From the IMG/VR virus record IMGVR_UViG_3300031718_000177: 64,000 nt of DNA; one strand, 5' to 3'. Below, piece after piece: positions 54,538-63,136 of this stretch. The notes under the pieces are model-generated. The model saw only the letters and a program-made list of their open reading frames with translations. It ran no database searches and was not told the origin of the DNA. A program made the position numbers and the translations under genes. Each line of letters starts with the position of its first letter. Within the stretch, counting starts at the first letter, position 1. Source of the DNA: a virus (taxonomy: Duplodnaviria > Heunggongvirae > Uroviricota > Caudoviricetes).

Positions 54538-55002
54538 CTACTTGGTTACATGTAAATCAACGTTGTCGGCATCAATCTTCATGCCGGTGTCTTTTAACTC
54601 AATAGTATGTAAACAAACCATATTATCGGTATTACGATTCTTAAAAGTAAGAAGTTTCTCCCAACCGTTCTTGGTGAGTATCTTCTGTTGTGGCGTATTC
54701 TTTTCTACATCAGTACAGAGTAAGATGGTATAAAGCGAATCCCATGCTATCTGCTGCCGCATCTTGTTAAGTAGGTTGCCTAACCCTCTTTTGCGGTATT
54801 CATCAAATACATAAGCGTAAAAAGAGACACAAATACCGCAACAACCGGGTAGTTGCTGTAAGTTAAAATGAGCTACGCACGGCTGTATAGCTTCTTTTAA
54901 TGCATCTATAGAGTAGAAAGTTGACCCTGCGAGTGTTTTTTTGCGTTTTATAGAAACAGGTTTGTCTACTATTCGAGCAATCTCGTCCATGTAGGTAGTC
55001 AT
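54538..55002 (-). CDS. GNAT-family N-acetyltransferase
   Basis: AYVFDEYRKRGLGNLL motif A; NTPQQKILTKNGW motif B. Confidence 0.85.
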   Translation of the reverse strand: MTTYMDEIARIVDKPVSIKRKKTLAGSTFYSIDALKEAIQPCVAHFNLQQLPGCCGICVSFYAYVFDEYRKRGLGNLLNKMRQQIAWDSLYTILLCTDVEKNTPQQKILTKNGWEKLLTFKNRNTDNMVCLHTIELKDTGMKIDADNVDLHVTK

Positions 55003-55371
55003 CTAATTTGCCTCGCCAGGATGTTTCCAGTTGGGGTCAGAATAACCAGGAAGATAAACTCGTTTTAACTCCCTACCTTCATAAGCAACTAAAAAGCCCT
55101 CTTTATACAATGCTTTTAATGTCTGCTTATTTGTTTCATTAGGGATAAGAGCGTCTATTCCACAATAAGGGCAAAGGCCAGTATCTTTCTCCATATCAAC
55201 CCACTCTTTAATCTCCTTCGTAGGGAATACTTTAAGGCAATAGAAACAACCGCAAACTTCGGCGGCTTGTAACTCCGCTTTATTATGGAAACAACGGTAT
55301 TCGCTCATTCTCTCACCATTTCTGGATAGAAACACCTGCATTTGCGAAAGTTTGCAGGTAATTCTATCCAA
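55003..55371 (-). CDS. Conserved Cys-rich hypothetical (CGCFYC...W.D...CPYCGID)
   Basis: Recognisable family motif. Confidence 0.8.
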   Translation of the reverse strand: MDRITCKLSQMQVFLSRNGERMSEYRCFHNKAELQAAEVCGCFYCLKVFPTKEIKEWVDMEKDTGLCPYCGIDALIPNETNKQTLKALYKEGFLVAYEGRELKRVYLPGYSDPNWKHPGEAN

Positions 55372-55686
55372 TCCGTATTTAGAAACCGCATCTAAATCGT
55401 TGTGGACGTTGGACTTCGGTGAAAACGCATGTCAGGTTTTGTGACAAAAAAACTGCCAAAAAATTGACATCAAATAACAGCCCACACAATAACAAAAACT
55501 AGAAGTCCAGCAATAAGAGCGATACCTAACGATTCTAGCCATCCACCGCCCATGTCTATAATTTGATACGGAGGATACTTCGGATGCGAAACAGGTTTCT
55601 TAGCCATTCTTCTCCCTCAAATCATCAGCAAAATGATTTTAACAATCAAAACCAAAGCTATAATCGAGCAAACTATAATTCCAATA

Positions 55687-56163
55687 TTACCGAGTTTCAT
55701 TTTTCTTCTCCACCAACTTCGTCACATCCACACGCCATTTGTTTTTTACGAAATGTGCCGTAAACTTCCGATATAATGGATGGATAGGATTACTACTATC
55801 GTTTCCAGGCACTTCAGGTAGATTATATTGCCTTCTGATTTCTTCTAGTTCCTTTTTCCCTTCTGCGGTGTCTAATGAATATTTCTTCCTTAATTCTTCC
55901 CGCGACAATCCGGTATAAGGTGCAGGTTCTAATTCTAGCGTGGGAAGACCATTGATGGTGACGGGATAATAACCTCTAAGTACAGTTACGGGCATAAGTA
56001 AATCGTACTTTGGATCAAAGATATTTGGCACAAAGAAATACGCTCTATCTCCAACGTCCAGTTTTCCTTTTCCCGCTTCCGGCAACCCTTCCTTGAAATT
56101 ACTTGATGGACCGGGATAGGAACTAAAACTACTTAAATAGAGGGTGCTGTAAGTAGTATTCAT
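55687..56163 (-). CDS. Hypothetical protein
   Basis: Tiling ORF. Confidence 0.7.
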   Translation of the reverse strand: MNTTYSTLYLSSFSSYPGPSSNFKEGLPEAGKGKLDVGDRAYFFVPNIFDPKYDLLMPVTVLRGYYPVTINGLPTLELEPAPYTGLSREELRKKYSLDTAEGKKELEEIRRQYNLPEVPGNDSSNPIHPLYRKFTAHFVKNKWRVDVTKLVEKKNETR

Positions 56164-56507
56164 TGTTTCTTCAAGGTGATTTGTAGGATTAAGTCGCCAT
56201 CATTGCCGATATGATTCCAGCCGAACTTTTCAATATCCTTTTCTGCAAATTTTATAACGGCATGCCGACCTTTAGTGCCGAAGACCGAAACAGTAAGATG
56301 AACCTTAGTGAAAATCGTAAGTCTGCCACGAATATAAAAAGTACCCAATAAGTGGTAGTCCGGGCCGTGCGTATCATTCGCCATCTCAGTTAGCCAACCC
56401 TGTTCCTTCCACTTGGCAATGTTCTTAGCTGCCGCTTTATTAGGTTTGTTTATGCTTTGGAGAAGAAGTTTAGTAGCGAGTTTCCTAGTTGCCGATGTTG
56501 CGGACAT
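56160..56507 (-). CDS. Basic hypothetical protein
   Basis: Tiling ORF. Confidence 0.65.
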   Translation of the reverse strand: MSATSATRKLATKLLLQSINKPNKAAAKNIAKWKEQGWLTEMANDTHGPDYHLLGTFYIRGRLTIFTKVHLTVSVFGTKGRHAVIKFAEKDIEKFGWNHIGNDGDLILQITLKKQ

Positions 56508-56737
56508 TAAAGATACCTAAAAAAGAGACGCCAAACAAAATATGATATAATACCGCCATAAACAATAACAACTAAGAATAGACAGGCGGCTTCCCCTATG
56601 AGCCGGTCATAGTCATTATATTCATTCGGAGTAGGTATAGATTTAGGTCGTTTGTCCGGGTCAAATATAGGGTAGGTTTTGCCCATTTCGTGTAAAAGGT
56701 CTGGTTGTTTGGTTTCCGTAGTGGTTTCGTCTTTCAT
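56507..56737 (-). CDS. C-terminal-TM protein, EMGKTYPIF paralog 1
   Basis: Shared motif with 56741-56995. Confidence 0.7.
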   Translation of the reverse strand: MKDETTTETKQPDLLHEMGKTYPIFDPDKRPKSIPTPNEYNDYDRLIGEAACLFLVVIVYGGIISYFVWRLFFRYL

Positions 56738-56740
56738 ATG

Positions 56741-56995
56741 TCACCTTATCACAAACCTGGACAAGATACCAATAAAATATATAATTACGAATACCAGGGC
56801 AAGCCAAGCCACAACTATTCCAAATAGACTTCCTAAACAACCAACACAGCCGCTAAGATCAGAAGGATAAGAGGGGGGATAATCATAAGACCTGGATTGC
56901 GTCTCAATTCTATTCGCAATCTTAGTTTTTACAGGCTCAGCAGGCTCAAAGATAGGGTAAGTTTTACCCATTTCTTCCAAGCTGTCGTTTTCCAT
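56741..56995 (-). CDS. C-terminal-TM protein, EMGKTYPIF paralog 2
   Basis: Shared motif with 56507-56737. Confidence 0.7.
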   Translation of the reverse strand: MENDSLEEMGKTYPIFEPAEPVKTKIANRIETQSRSYDYPPSYPSDLSGCVGCLGSLFGIVVAWLALVFVIIYFIGILSRFVIR

Positions 56996-57003
56996 CGTTT
57001 TGC

Positions 57004-57309
57004 CTAGATTTTCATTATCTTCCTAATTTTCTTCTCAAAACGACTCACATAACGAGATAATGCCTCACAGTTTTTAAGCTCACCATTGTCAATACGTTTG
57101 CGTAATTCATTTACTTCATCGTAAGCATGGGATACAAGCAACGGATCGGGATTATCTGGATTACCTAAAAGTGCTAACTCAATATAACCTTCTGCTTTTG
57201 TAAGTTCTGTTACCATAATTTTTCTACCGTCCTTAACAATAGATTCTACCACGCAAGCACAAGCGGTTAGTAATCCGGCGTATAAAAGAAGCATCTTTTT
57301 CATTTGCAT
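57004..57309 (-). CDS. Hypothetical protein with N-terminal hydrophobic segment
   Basis: Tiling ORF. Confidence 0.6.
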   Translation of the reverse strand: MQMKKMLLLYAGLLTACACVVESIVKDGRKIMVTELTKAEGYIELALLGNPDNPDPLLVSHAYDEVNELRKRIDNGELKNCEALSRYVSRFEKKIRKIMKI

Positions 57310-57611
57310 GCTTCTTGTGCTATTGTAGATATAATTTGTTCGCCTATTTCCTTAATCACTTTATTGCAAGCGTCCTTAGCATCTTGTTCTTTCGCGAACA
57401 TGATGGGGTCAGCTTCATTGTCACTTAAAATGACGCTATTATGGCATAGTGCCGTCCAGGTGTCGTCCCTCTGTCGGCTGACGTAGAAAGGAATATCCAC
57501 TACAATCATACCACAGTTTCGTGTAATCACCAAATGCCGAGCGAAACCCGAGAAGTAAGTTTCCCACGGTGTAAGTTTGATTTCTGTGAGGGATTTCGTC
57601 ATTTTGTCCAC
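57300..57611 (-). CDS. Hypothetical protein
   Basis: Tiling ORF. Confidence 0.6.
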   Translation of the reverse strand: MDKMTKSLTEIKLTPWETYFSGFARHLVITRNCGMIVVDIPFYVSRQRDDTWTALCHNSVILSDNEADPIMFAKEQDAKDACNKVIKEIGEQIISTIAQEACK

Positions 57612-58237
57612 TTTCTAAACGCCTCGAAAATCTCGTGGATGTTGGTAGCGTCAAACCTAAATGAATCAGTATTAGGCGTTAAGCAAATCAAATCATATAC
57701 CCATCTAAGAAAATCAGTAGCCGTCTGTTTCTCTTCATCAGTAATAACATCTTCTATCAGGGGTATAACATCCTTTGGGTTGTAGCGATTGGTTTTCTTA
57801 ACGGCACTTAATAACAATACTTCTAACTTCTTGGTTAAAACCATCTTGTCAGAAGGTTTTTGGTCTAATCGGTAAGCAAACTTATCTAAGTCTATTTGGG
57901 TATTTACTAATTTCTGTAGGGCAGAGGCTTCTTCGGTATTGAGATAAATAGAAGTAAAGGGAGGTTTAGTGTTAAAGATTTTAAGTACATCTCCTTCGGT
58001 TATATCAACGATTTCTTCCCCGATAAGGTCGTGTGTAACTTGGGAGAACGACAAAAGAATGAACTTCATTGGCTTGCCTTTGTCTCCAAATGTATTGGGA
58101 TATTTCTTCCATGATTTATCGAAATATGCCTTCGGAAATAACTCCCTCATTTTTTCTACAACATTTTCTGTATCCCTGTGGAGAAGTACATCGGGAATTA
58201 TCTCACGATAATCCCTATTAAAGTCAATCGTCTTCAA
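57599..58237 (-). CDS. Hypothetical protein
   Basis: 212-aa tiling ORF. Confidence 0.7.
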   Translation of the reverse strand: MKTIDFNRDYREIIPDVLLHRDTENVVEKMRELFPKAYFDKSWKKYPNTFGDKGKPMKFILLSFSQVTHDLIGEEIVDITEGDVLKIFNTKPPFTSIYLNTEEASALQKLVNTQIDLDKFAYRLDQKPSDKMVLTKKLEVLLLSAVKKTNRYNPKDVIPLIEDVITDEEKQTATDFLRWVYDLICLTPNTDSFRFDATNIHEIFEAFRKWTK

Positions 58238-58844
58238 TTATTGTTCTCCTCTTTTTTCCAACCGCCAGCCCATTGATAAACACACCCTTAAACTTTACTC
58301 CTGCCTCTGAAACTTTATCATCTCTTAGTTTTCTAAGAGCTTTCCTTAAATCATCTTGTGCTTCACGGCACTTAGCAGCAGCTTCGAAATCTTGGCCCAT
58401 CACAAGATATTCTTTTTGCTCTCCTAGTAGTTTAATAGCAACTTCAAGTTCCTCTTCGTTCATAGAAACTATGGCTTTTTCATAGTCAAATGCTTCTATG
58501 AGTTCTATTTTTCTGATAGGAACTTGATGTTGGGCAATACAAGCTGGCCGACCATCAAACTCCCCGTGTTTACCTAGCACATCAACTATACATGTGTTAA
58601 GCATCACTCTCTGTATAATACCAATCTTACCGTAAAACGCCTTTGCTGAATCATCTTTAATTAAAACCTGATCCCCTGGCCTTAGAGGTACATAATGGTC
58701 GTCAATAGCTCTTATAACTTCGGAGAGTTCGCCTTCCATATCAAACCGAGTATCTAAATACATGATAATGTTTGGTCTAGTTTTACCTAAGTGCCGTAAT
58801 TTGTTCCAAGCTGCCACGATTTCTCGTAATTTATTTGCTTCCAT
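58224..58844 (-). CDS. KOW motif + UVR (UvrB/C-type) coiled-coil protein
   Basis: LRPGDQVLIKDD...GKIGIIQRV; KEYLVMGQDFEAAAKCREAQDDL. Confidence 0.7.
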   Translation of the reverse strand: MEANKLREIVAAWNKLRHLGKTRPNIIMYLDTRFDMEGELSEVIRAIDDHYVPLRPGDQVLIKDDSAKAFYGKIGIIQRVMLNTCIVDVLGKHGEFDGRPACIAQHQVPIRKIELIEAFDYEKAIVSMNEEELEVAIKLLGEQKEYLVMGQDFEAAAKCREAQDDLRKALRKLRDDKVSEAGVKFKGVFINGLAVGKKRRTIIEDD

Positions 58845-58914
58845 TACTTATGATCTCTTGGAATCCTGACCGTCGCCAACAACAATGCCCCAAAGATGCC
58901 ATCTCTTGATCGAG

Positions 58915-59148
58915 TCATGTGTCTCGCCTTTTCAGGGACCAAGGAAAAGCATCGCCATCAAACGATATCTGAACTACTTCTAGTCCATGTGGTTTCAATA
59001 TATCGTCTAGTTTTTTGAGGAAATCACCACCCAAGCCACTATCACTATTTGCTCGTTCCATAGTTTTCCAGTCCCAAAAGAAAACCTTGTTGGACAAAGC
59101 AAAATCACCGTAAATGGCTTCTGCTTCTCGCTCTGGCATCGTTCGCAT
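58915..59148 (-). CDS. Hypothetical protein
   Basis: Tiling ORF. Confidence 0.65.
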   Translation of the reverse strand: MRTMPEREAEAIYGDFALSNKVFFWDWKTMERANSDSGLGGDFLKKLDDILKPHGLEVVQISFDGDAFPWSLKRRDT

Positions 59149-59944
59149 TGTTCTTCCTTTGAGTTGAGAGGGAATACCTTTGACTTCGCAGAAGAGAAGC
59201 TCTAATTTTGCTTTTTACTTCCTCAGTACAGGGCCGTCCTTCCTCGCCATCTACATTTAATATTGCTTTTAATTTCCGAATGCCCTTGAACCACCATTGT
59301 CTTGCCATTTCTCTTGAGACAATACGATAACCATTATATTTTCGCTTAAACTTAGCTATATTTCCCAATTTGATACCCAGTAATCTACCTCGTATAGCAA
59401 ATCGCTCGTTGCGAGTCAAGTTAAGACGTATAAGTTCCCATATCCAAATGTTATCCTTGATAGGGTCGGGGTTACGATATAACGCCTTACATCGCGTGTT
59501 GTCGGTGATCTCCTCTGTTCCGTTGAGGGCAGCTTCATATTGAGCGGCGAAGGCAGGAGTTTTTTTAGAACTTGGCAATCTAACTATATGCTCGCGGAGG
59601 TAACTTCGAGCAAAAGCAGCCCTAACTTGCCAACTCACGAATGTTGTCAGTCGTCCCCTTTTTGGATTAAACTTGTGCATATTTTCTACGATATATAAAT
59701 TGAGAATGCCAACCTTATCATTAAGAGACGCATAGCTATGAGTGTTACGCTTAGCCAGATAAACTAGGAATGGCAATACTGCTTCTACAAGTTTGTTTCT
59801 TGCATTGATACGTGCTTTCTTCGTTTTACATTTCATCATCTTCTTATGCAGTTTTATCTCCTCCTCCTTCGACAAAAATACACAACTCCCTAGATCGCGG
59901 AGGTAAGTGGCTTCTATGTTAGCTAGATCGGCAGATTTCTGCAT
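59105..59944 (-). CDS. Sigma70-family RNA polymerase sigma factor (regions 1.2, 2, 4)
   Basis: YLRDLG..FLSKEEE (1.2); ARNKLVEAVL...KFNPKRGRLTTFVSWQVR (2); LTRNER...VSREMARQ...GIRKL (4). Confidence 0.85.
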   Translation of the reverse strand: MQKSADLANIEATYLRDLGSCVFLSKEEEIKLHKKMMKCKTKKARINARNKLVEAVLPFLVYLAKRNTHSYASLNDKVGILNLYIVENMHKFNPKRGRLTTFVSWQVRAAFARSYLREHIVRLPSSKKTPAFAAQYEAALNGTEEITDNTRCKALYRNPDPIKDNIWIWELIRLNLTRNERFAIRGRLLGIKLGNIAKFKRKYNGYRIVSREMARQWWFKGIRKLKAILNVDGEEGRPCTEEVKSKIRASLLRSQRYSLSTQRKNNANDARARSRSHLR

Positions 59945-59949
59945 GGGAA

Positions 59950-60519
59950 CTAACTAATGGCTTCGTTGATTGCACCACGAATTGCCCAAAACGTGACTTC
60001 TCCAAACCGATCAATTACTTCAGCTTTTCGATCCACAAATACAGAGAATAAGCCGTTAGCATAGTTGAAATATTTCACGGCATACTTGCTGTCGCCAGCG
60101 GTAAAGAAGTCCTTAACATTGGTCAGCCTGTCGATAACCTTGGCGACAACTGCTTCTATGCTTTTAGTCGCAAAACCATCTATATGTTGTTGTTTGGCTT
60201 CCCGATAGCCATCAACCGATTCGTTTGTGTCGCGATTGCGAAATGTAAGTTCGCATACAAGATCGGCAACTGAATCGCCGAATATGTCGAGGATATCTTG
60301 TCGAGTTTTACTGCAATCCTCGATTGTGTCGTGCAAAAGCAATGCAACCAAAAAGTTCTCGTCGCTGCCCTTATTGATCCTAGCGTTATATGCCATTTGC
60401 ATAACGGCAAAGGGGTGGACAATATAAGGCAGTTTAATTTCACCACCAGATTTGCGGTCTTTGCCATAGTGAGCAGTAACCGCAAACTGAATTGCAAGAT
60501 GTAGTTTTTCTCCTAGCAT
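59950..60519 (-). CDS. HD-domain hydrolase, RelA/SpoT (Mesh1/small alarmone hydrolase)-like
   Basis: AH.G..RK...PYIVHP...ALLLHDTIEDC...AKVIDRLTN. Confidence 0.9.
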   Translation of the reverse strand: MLGEKLHLAIQFAVTAHYGKDRKSGGEIKLPYIVHPFAVMQMAYNARINKGSDENFLVALLLHDTIEDCSKTRQDILDIFGDSVADLVCELTFRNRDTNESVDGYREAKQQHIDGFATKSIEAVVAKVIDRLTNVKDFFTAGDSKYAVKYFNYANGLFSVFVDRKAEVIDRFGEVTFWAIRGAINEAIS

Positions 60520-60535
60520 GCTATCTATTTTTTCC

Positions 60536-60775
60536 CTAAATGTTCGGAATCAAAAGCAGGAGAATAATATAAGTGAGAAGTACATATCCCATAATCCAAA
60601 AAGGAACGAAAAATGCTGCCGTGATGAGAGCGAGACAAACGAGGATACCGCATAAAGCAGAAAAGAGCATGCTAGCGGCTGCTCCTACGCTTCCGCCCGC
60701 AAACTCACAACAATACAAAAGCGGAATAGCAATCGGACAGCCCAACCGAACGAATTGACTTAGGAAGCGAAACAT
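60536..60775 (-). CDS. Small membrane protein
   Basis: Hydrophobic throughout. Confidence 0.6.
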   Translation of the reverse strand: MFRFLSQFVRLGCPIAIPLLYCCEFAGGSVGAAASMLFSALCGILVCLALITAAFFVPFWIMGYVLLTYIILLLLIPNI

Positions 60776-60786
60776 TTTGGTTTTCC

Positions 60787-61071
60787 TTAAACTTCGATTG
60801 GTCGTCCCTCTTCCTCGCGAACTAATTCACGAAGCCTCATAGCTGTTTTCTTGGCTTCACAATGAGCGGCGGTAGGTGTACGCCTATGTTCATCAACTAA
60901 ATAATCGAACATAGTTCTATGGTAACTCGTACTCAACTCCGCTCGATATTTTTTAATATATTCCCTAGCTTTTTCGGGATATGCGGCTCTGAATCTATCC
61001 CAAGGGACTCTCGCACTTAAAATCCAAGCGTCGTTTTGTATTTGCTCTATGGGAGTCATTAGTCTGGTCAT
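60787..61071 (-). CDS. Hypothetical protein
   Basis: Tiling ORF. Confidence 0.65.
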   Translation of the reverse strand: MTRLMTPIEQIQNDAWILSARVPWDRFRAAYPEKAREYIKKYRAELSTSYHRTMFDYLVDEHRRTPTAAHCEAKKTAMRLRELVREEEGRPIEV

Positions 61072-61274
61072 TTCAATCTAATCCTTACAGTTTCTTTTTC
61101 GCCAACGGTGAATTCGGCAGGTCTTAGGAAACAGGTCTTCCTGTCGTTTTTATCCCACCAAGCAACTTCATAATTTACTGACGTATCAGAGTTAATATAA
61201 GCCCCAACGATAAGAGCATCTATGTCCTTCGCAAGAATTACCTTAGTTCCTGGTTTGATTACCTCGATTTCCAT
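61068..61274 (-). CDS. SH3-like small protein
   Basis: IKPGTKVIL...YEVAWWDKN. Confidence 0.65.
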   Translation of the reverse strand: MEIEVIKPGTKVILAKDIDALIVGAYINSDTSVNYEVAWWDKNDRKTCFLRPAEFTVGEKETVRIRLK

Positions 61275-61640
61275 TAGGAAACCTCCAATTCCTCGATGCG
61301 GTATTTTCGGGCGTAATGGTAATAAGACCGACTCCTATATCTCTCGGCGAAGAAATCACTAACTTCCTTGTTATGATAATTTGCTATAAACTCGTCTTCT
61401 GCTGCTTCACGACGGGCATTATATTCTTCGCTTTCTTTATCGGTCTCGGGACTCCATACAACCCGTGGATTTTCTTTGTCCCATTCATCCTCAAACTTAT
61501 GTAATTTCTCTTGGAAGATGCGAATCTGTTTATCTAATTCAACTAATCTGGCAACTTCTATCGTAATAGCCCCTTACATTCACGCCGAAGTACTCATTGC
61601 TATCTTCATGGTAGATATCACAGACAACAACATGAACCAT
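61274..61640 (-). pseudogene. ORF split by an apparent +1 frameshift at AAGGGG (about 61570)
   Basis: MVHVVVCDIY...NVRG then start-less frame AITIEVARLVELDK...; 367 nt = 122 codons + 1. Confidence 0.4.
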
Positions 61641-61896
61641 TGTTGCATCCTTCTGTGCCGTGTTCATCTGGTTGGACATACCTAATACGCAGGCCAGCTT
61701 TGGCTATATCTTTTAATGCGGAAGCGATTGCGTCCTCTCGCGATTCTGCCTTACGGTCAAATGTTAGAAAAGGCCGAGAATCAAACATGCCCAATAGAGC
61801 GTCGCTACAACCGGCCTCGAAAACCTTATTCTCAATTTCCTCTGTAATCTCCGGTAAATCTTTGAGCCAAATAGTGAAAACGTAGGTCTTCATCAC
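61618..61896 (-). CDS. Conserved hypothetical with HicB-like N-terminal pattern (EAGCSDALLG...LTFDRKAESREDAI)
   Basis: Recognisable family motif. Confidence 0.7.
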   Translation of the reverse strand: MMKTYVFTIWLKDLPEITEEIENKVFEAGCSDALLGMFDSRPFLTFDRKAESREDAIASALKDIAKAGLRIRYVQPDEHGTEGCNNGSCCCL

Positions 61897-62006
61897 TTAA
61901 CCTTTTGCAGTCCTTCCAACTTTTGGATTAGCTCTTCCGGCCCAACGTATGTGTTCCCATTATCTTCCCAGCCGGTGATCGTGTATAGAATCGTTTCATC
62001 GCTCAC
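61893..62006 (-). CDS. 37-aa ORF whose start lies in a 20-nt duplication
   Basis: GTG overlapping upstream TGA; MSDETILYTITGWEDNG... Confidence 0.5.
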   Translation of the reverse strand: MSDETILYTITGWEDNGNTYVGPEELIQKLEGLQKVK

Positions 62007-62026
62007 AGAATCGTTTCATCGCTCAC
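61987..62026. repeat. Perfect 20-nt tandem duplication
   Basis: agaatcgtttcatcgctcac x2. Confidence 0.9.
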
Positions 62027-62200
62027 TGTCGTTCGAACATCATATGTCTTCTGAAACGACTCCAACAATTTGACGCCTTCTGGACCGTAAATCTCTTTGG
62101 TTAATCTTTCAGCGAGAGTCCAATAAACAATTGGTACTCCACAACTCATAAATGGACACATACCTTTCAGAACTTCGTGTAGAATCTCTTTCGTCTGCAT
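62003..62200 (-). CDS. Hypothetical protein
   Basis: Tiling ORF. Confidence 0.6.
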   Translation of the reverse strand: MQTKEILHEVLKGMCPFMSCGVPIVYWTLAERLTKEIYGPEGVKLLESFQKTYDVRTTVSDETIL

Positions 62201-62448
62201 TACTTAACCTTTTGCTTGAAGATCCTATTTGCGGTTCTGGTGGATATGTTGATGTAACTTTTGCCGTCTCTAGCGATCCATACTCCCAACTTATTATCGT
62301 AGTCACATATATCCAAAGAACAACACCCGAATTTTTCCTTCTTGTCCTTTGGATGAAATACCAAGCCCGTACCATCTATGCCCTCTGCTACAAGATAAGC
62401 GTCGAGAATAGTTCCCTCTTCTTCCAAACCAAAATCGGTAGTTACCAT
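62200..62448 (-). CDS. Hypothetical protein
   Basis: Tiling ORF. Confidence 0.65.
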   Translation of the reverse strand: MVTTDFGLEEEGTILDAYLVAEGIDGTGLVFHPKDKKEKFGCCSLDICDYDNKLGVWIARDGKSYINISTRTANRIFKQKVK

Positions 62449-62452
62449 GTAT

Positions 62453-62758
62453 TTAATTTTTTTTATATGTTATACGCCGATATGCTGCTAGTTGACTTTC
62501 GTAGTCCATATCCAAGTTGTAGATTTCCATAACCTGATACGCATTATACGCACTGCCCTGTTCTTTCTTAAACCCCTCGATAAACTTATGTACATCTTTG
62601 CCTCTTGGACAATAGATGGGGAAATCACCCGATATGACTACCATATGGGAGTTATTTACGCTATCGGCGTATTTAAGCCACCGTCGAATATCTGCTTTTG
62701 ATGCTACTGCCATTCTTCGTCCCTTTCTAAGTAGAACATCACGTTTGGCTCTGAGCAT
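62453..62758 (-). CDS. Hypothetical protein (true start probably MAVASK)
   Basis: Tiling ORF. Confidence 0.65.
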   Translation of the reverse strand: MLRAKRDVLLRKGRRMAVASKADIRRWLKYADSVNNSHMVVISGDFPIYCPRGKDVHKFIEGFKKEQGSAYNAYQVMEIYNLDMDYESQLAAYRRITYKKN

Positions 62759-63029
62759 TAGCCCATTTTTGGTAGATATTGACTGCTCGCGAGTTTTGCA
62801 TAAAAGCTCTTAAATCATTTTCGCTTGCAAATGTTAAAGTAGCTTGTGCCTTGATGTGAAGATATTCTGGCTTAGTTAAGATATCTCTTAGGTCAATATG
62901 GGTGCGTTCCCATGTAAATGGTCGTTGCAATTCTTTTAGTTCTTTAATACAAGGTTCAAGCGACGATTCGGCGAGAAAGTGAAGTTTCAACTGGTTCATG
63001 TTATCACTATCGCATGAGCAGCCAGGCAA
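62739..63029 (-). CDS. Hypothetical protein
   Basis: Tiling ORF. Confidence 0.6.
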   Translation of the reverse strand: MPGCSCDSDNMNQLKLHFLAESSLEPCIKELKELQRPFTWERTHIDLRDILTKPEYLHIKAQATLTFASENDLRAFMQNSRAVNIYQKWANAQSQT

Positions 63030-63136
63030 CTAACATACCGATCGTAAAGATTAAAGGTATCCAATCAAAGTATATCTTGCCATCCCATTTCATCTTCGTC
63101 TTCCATTAGTTGAATCAGAACCGACTTCTGCTATTT

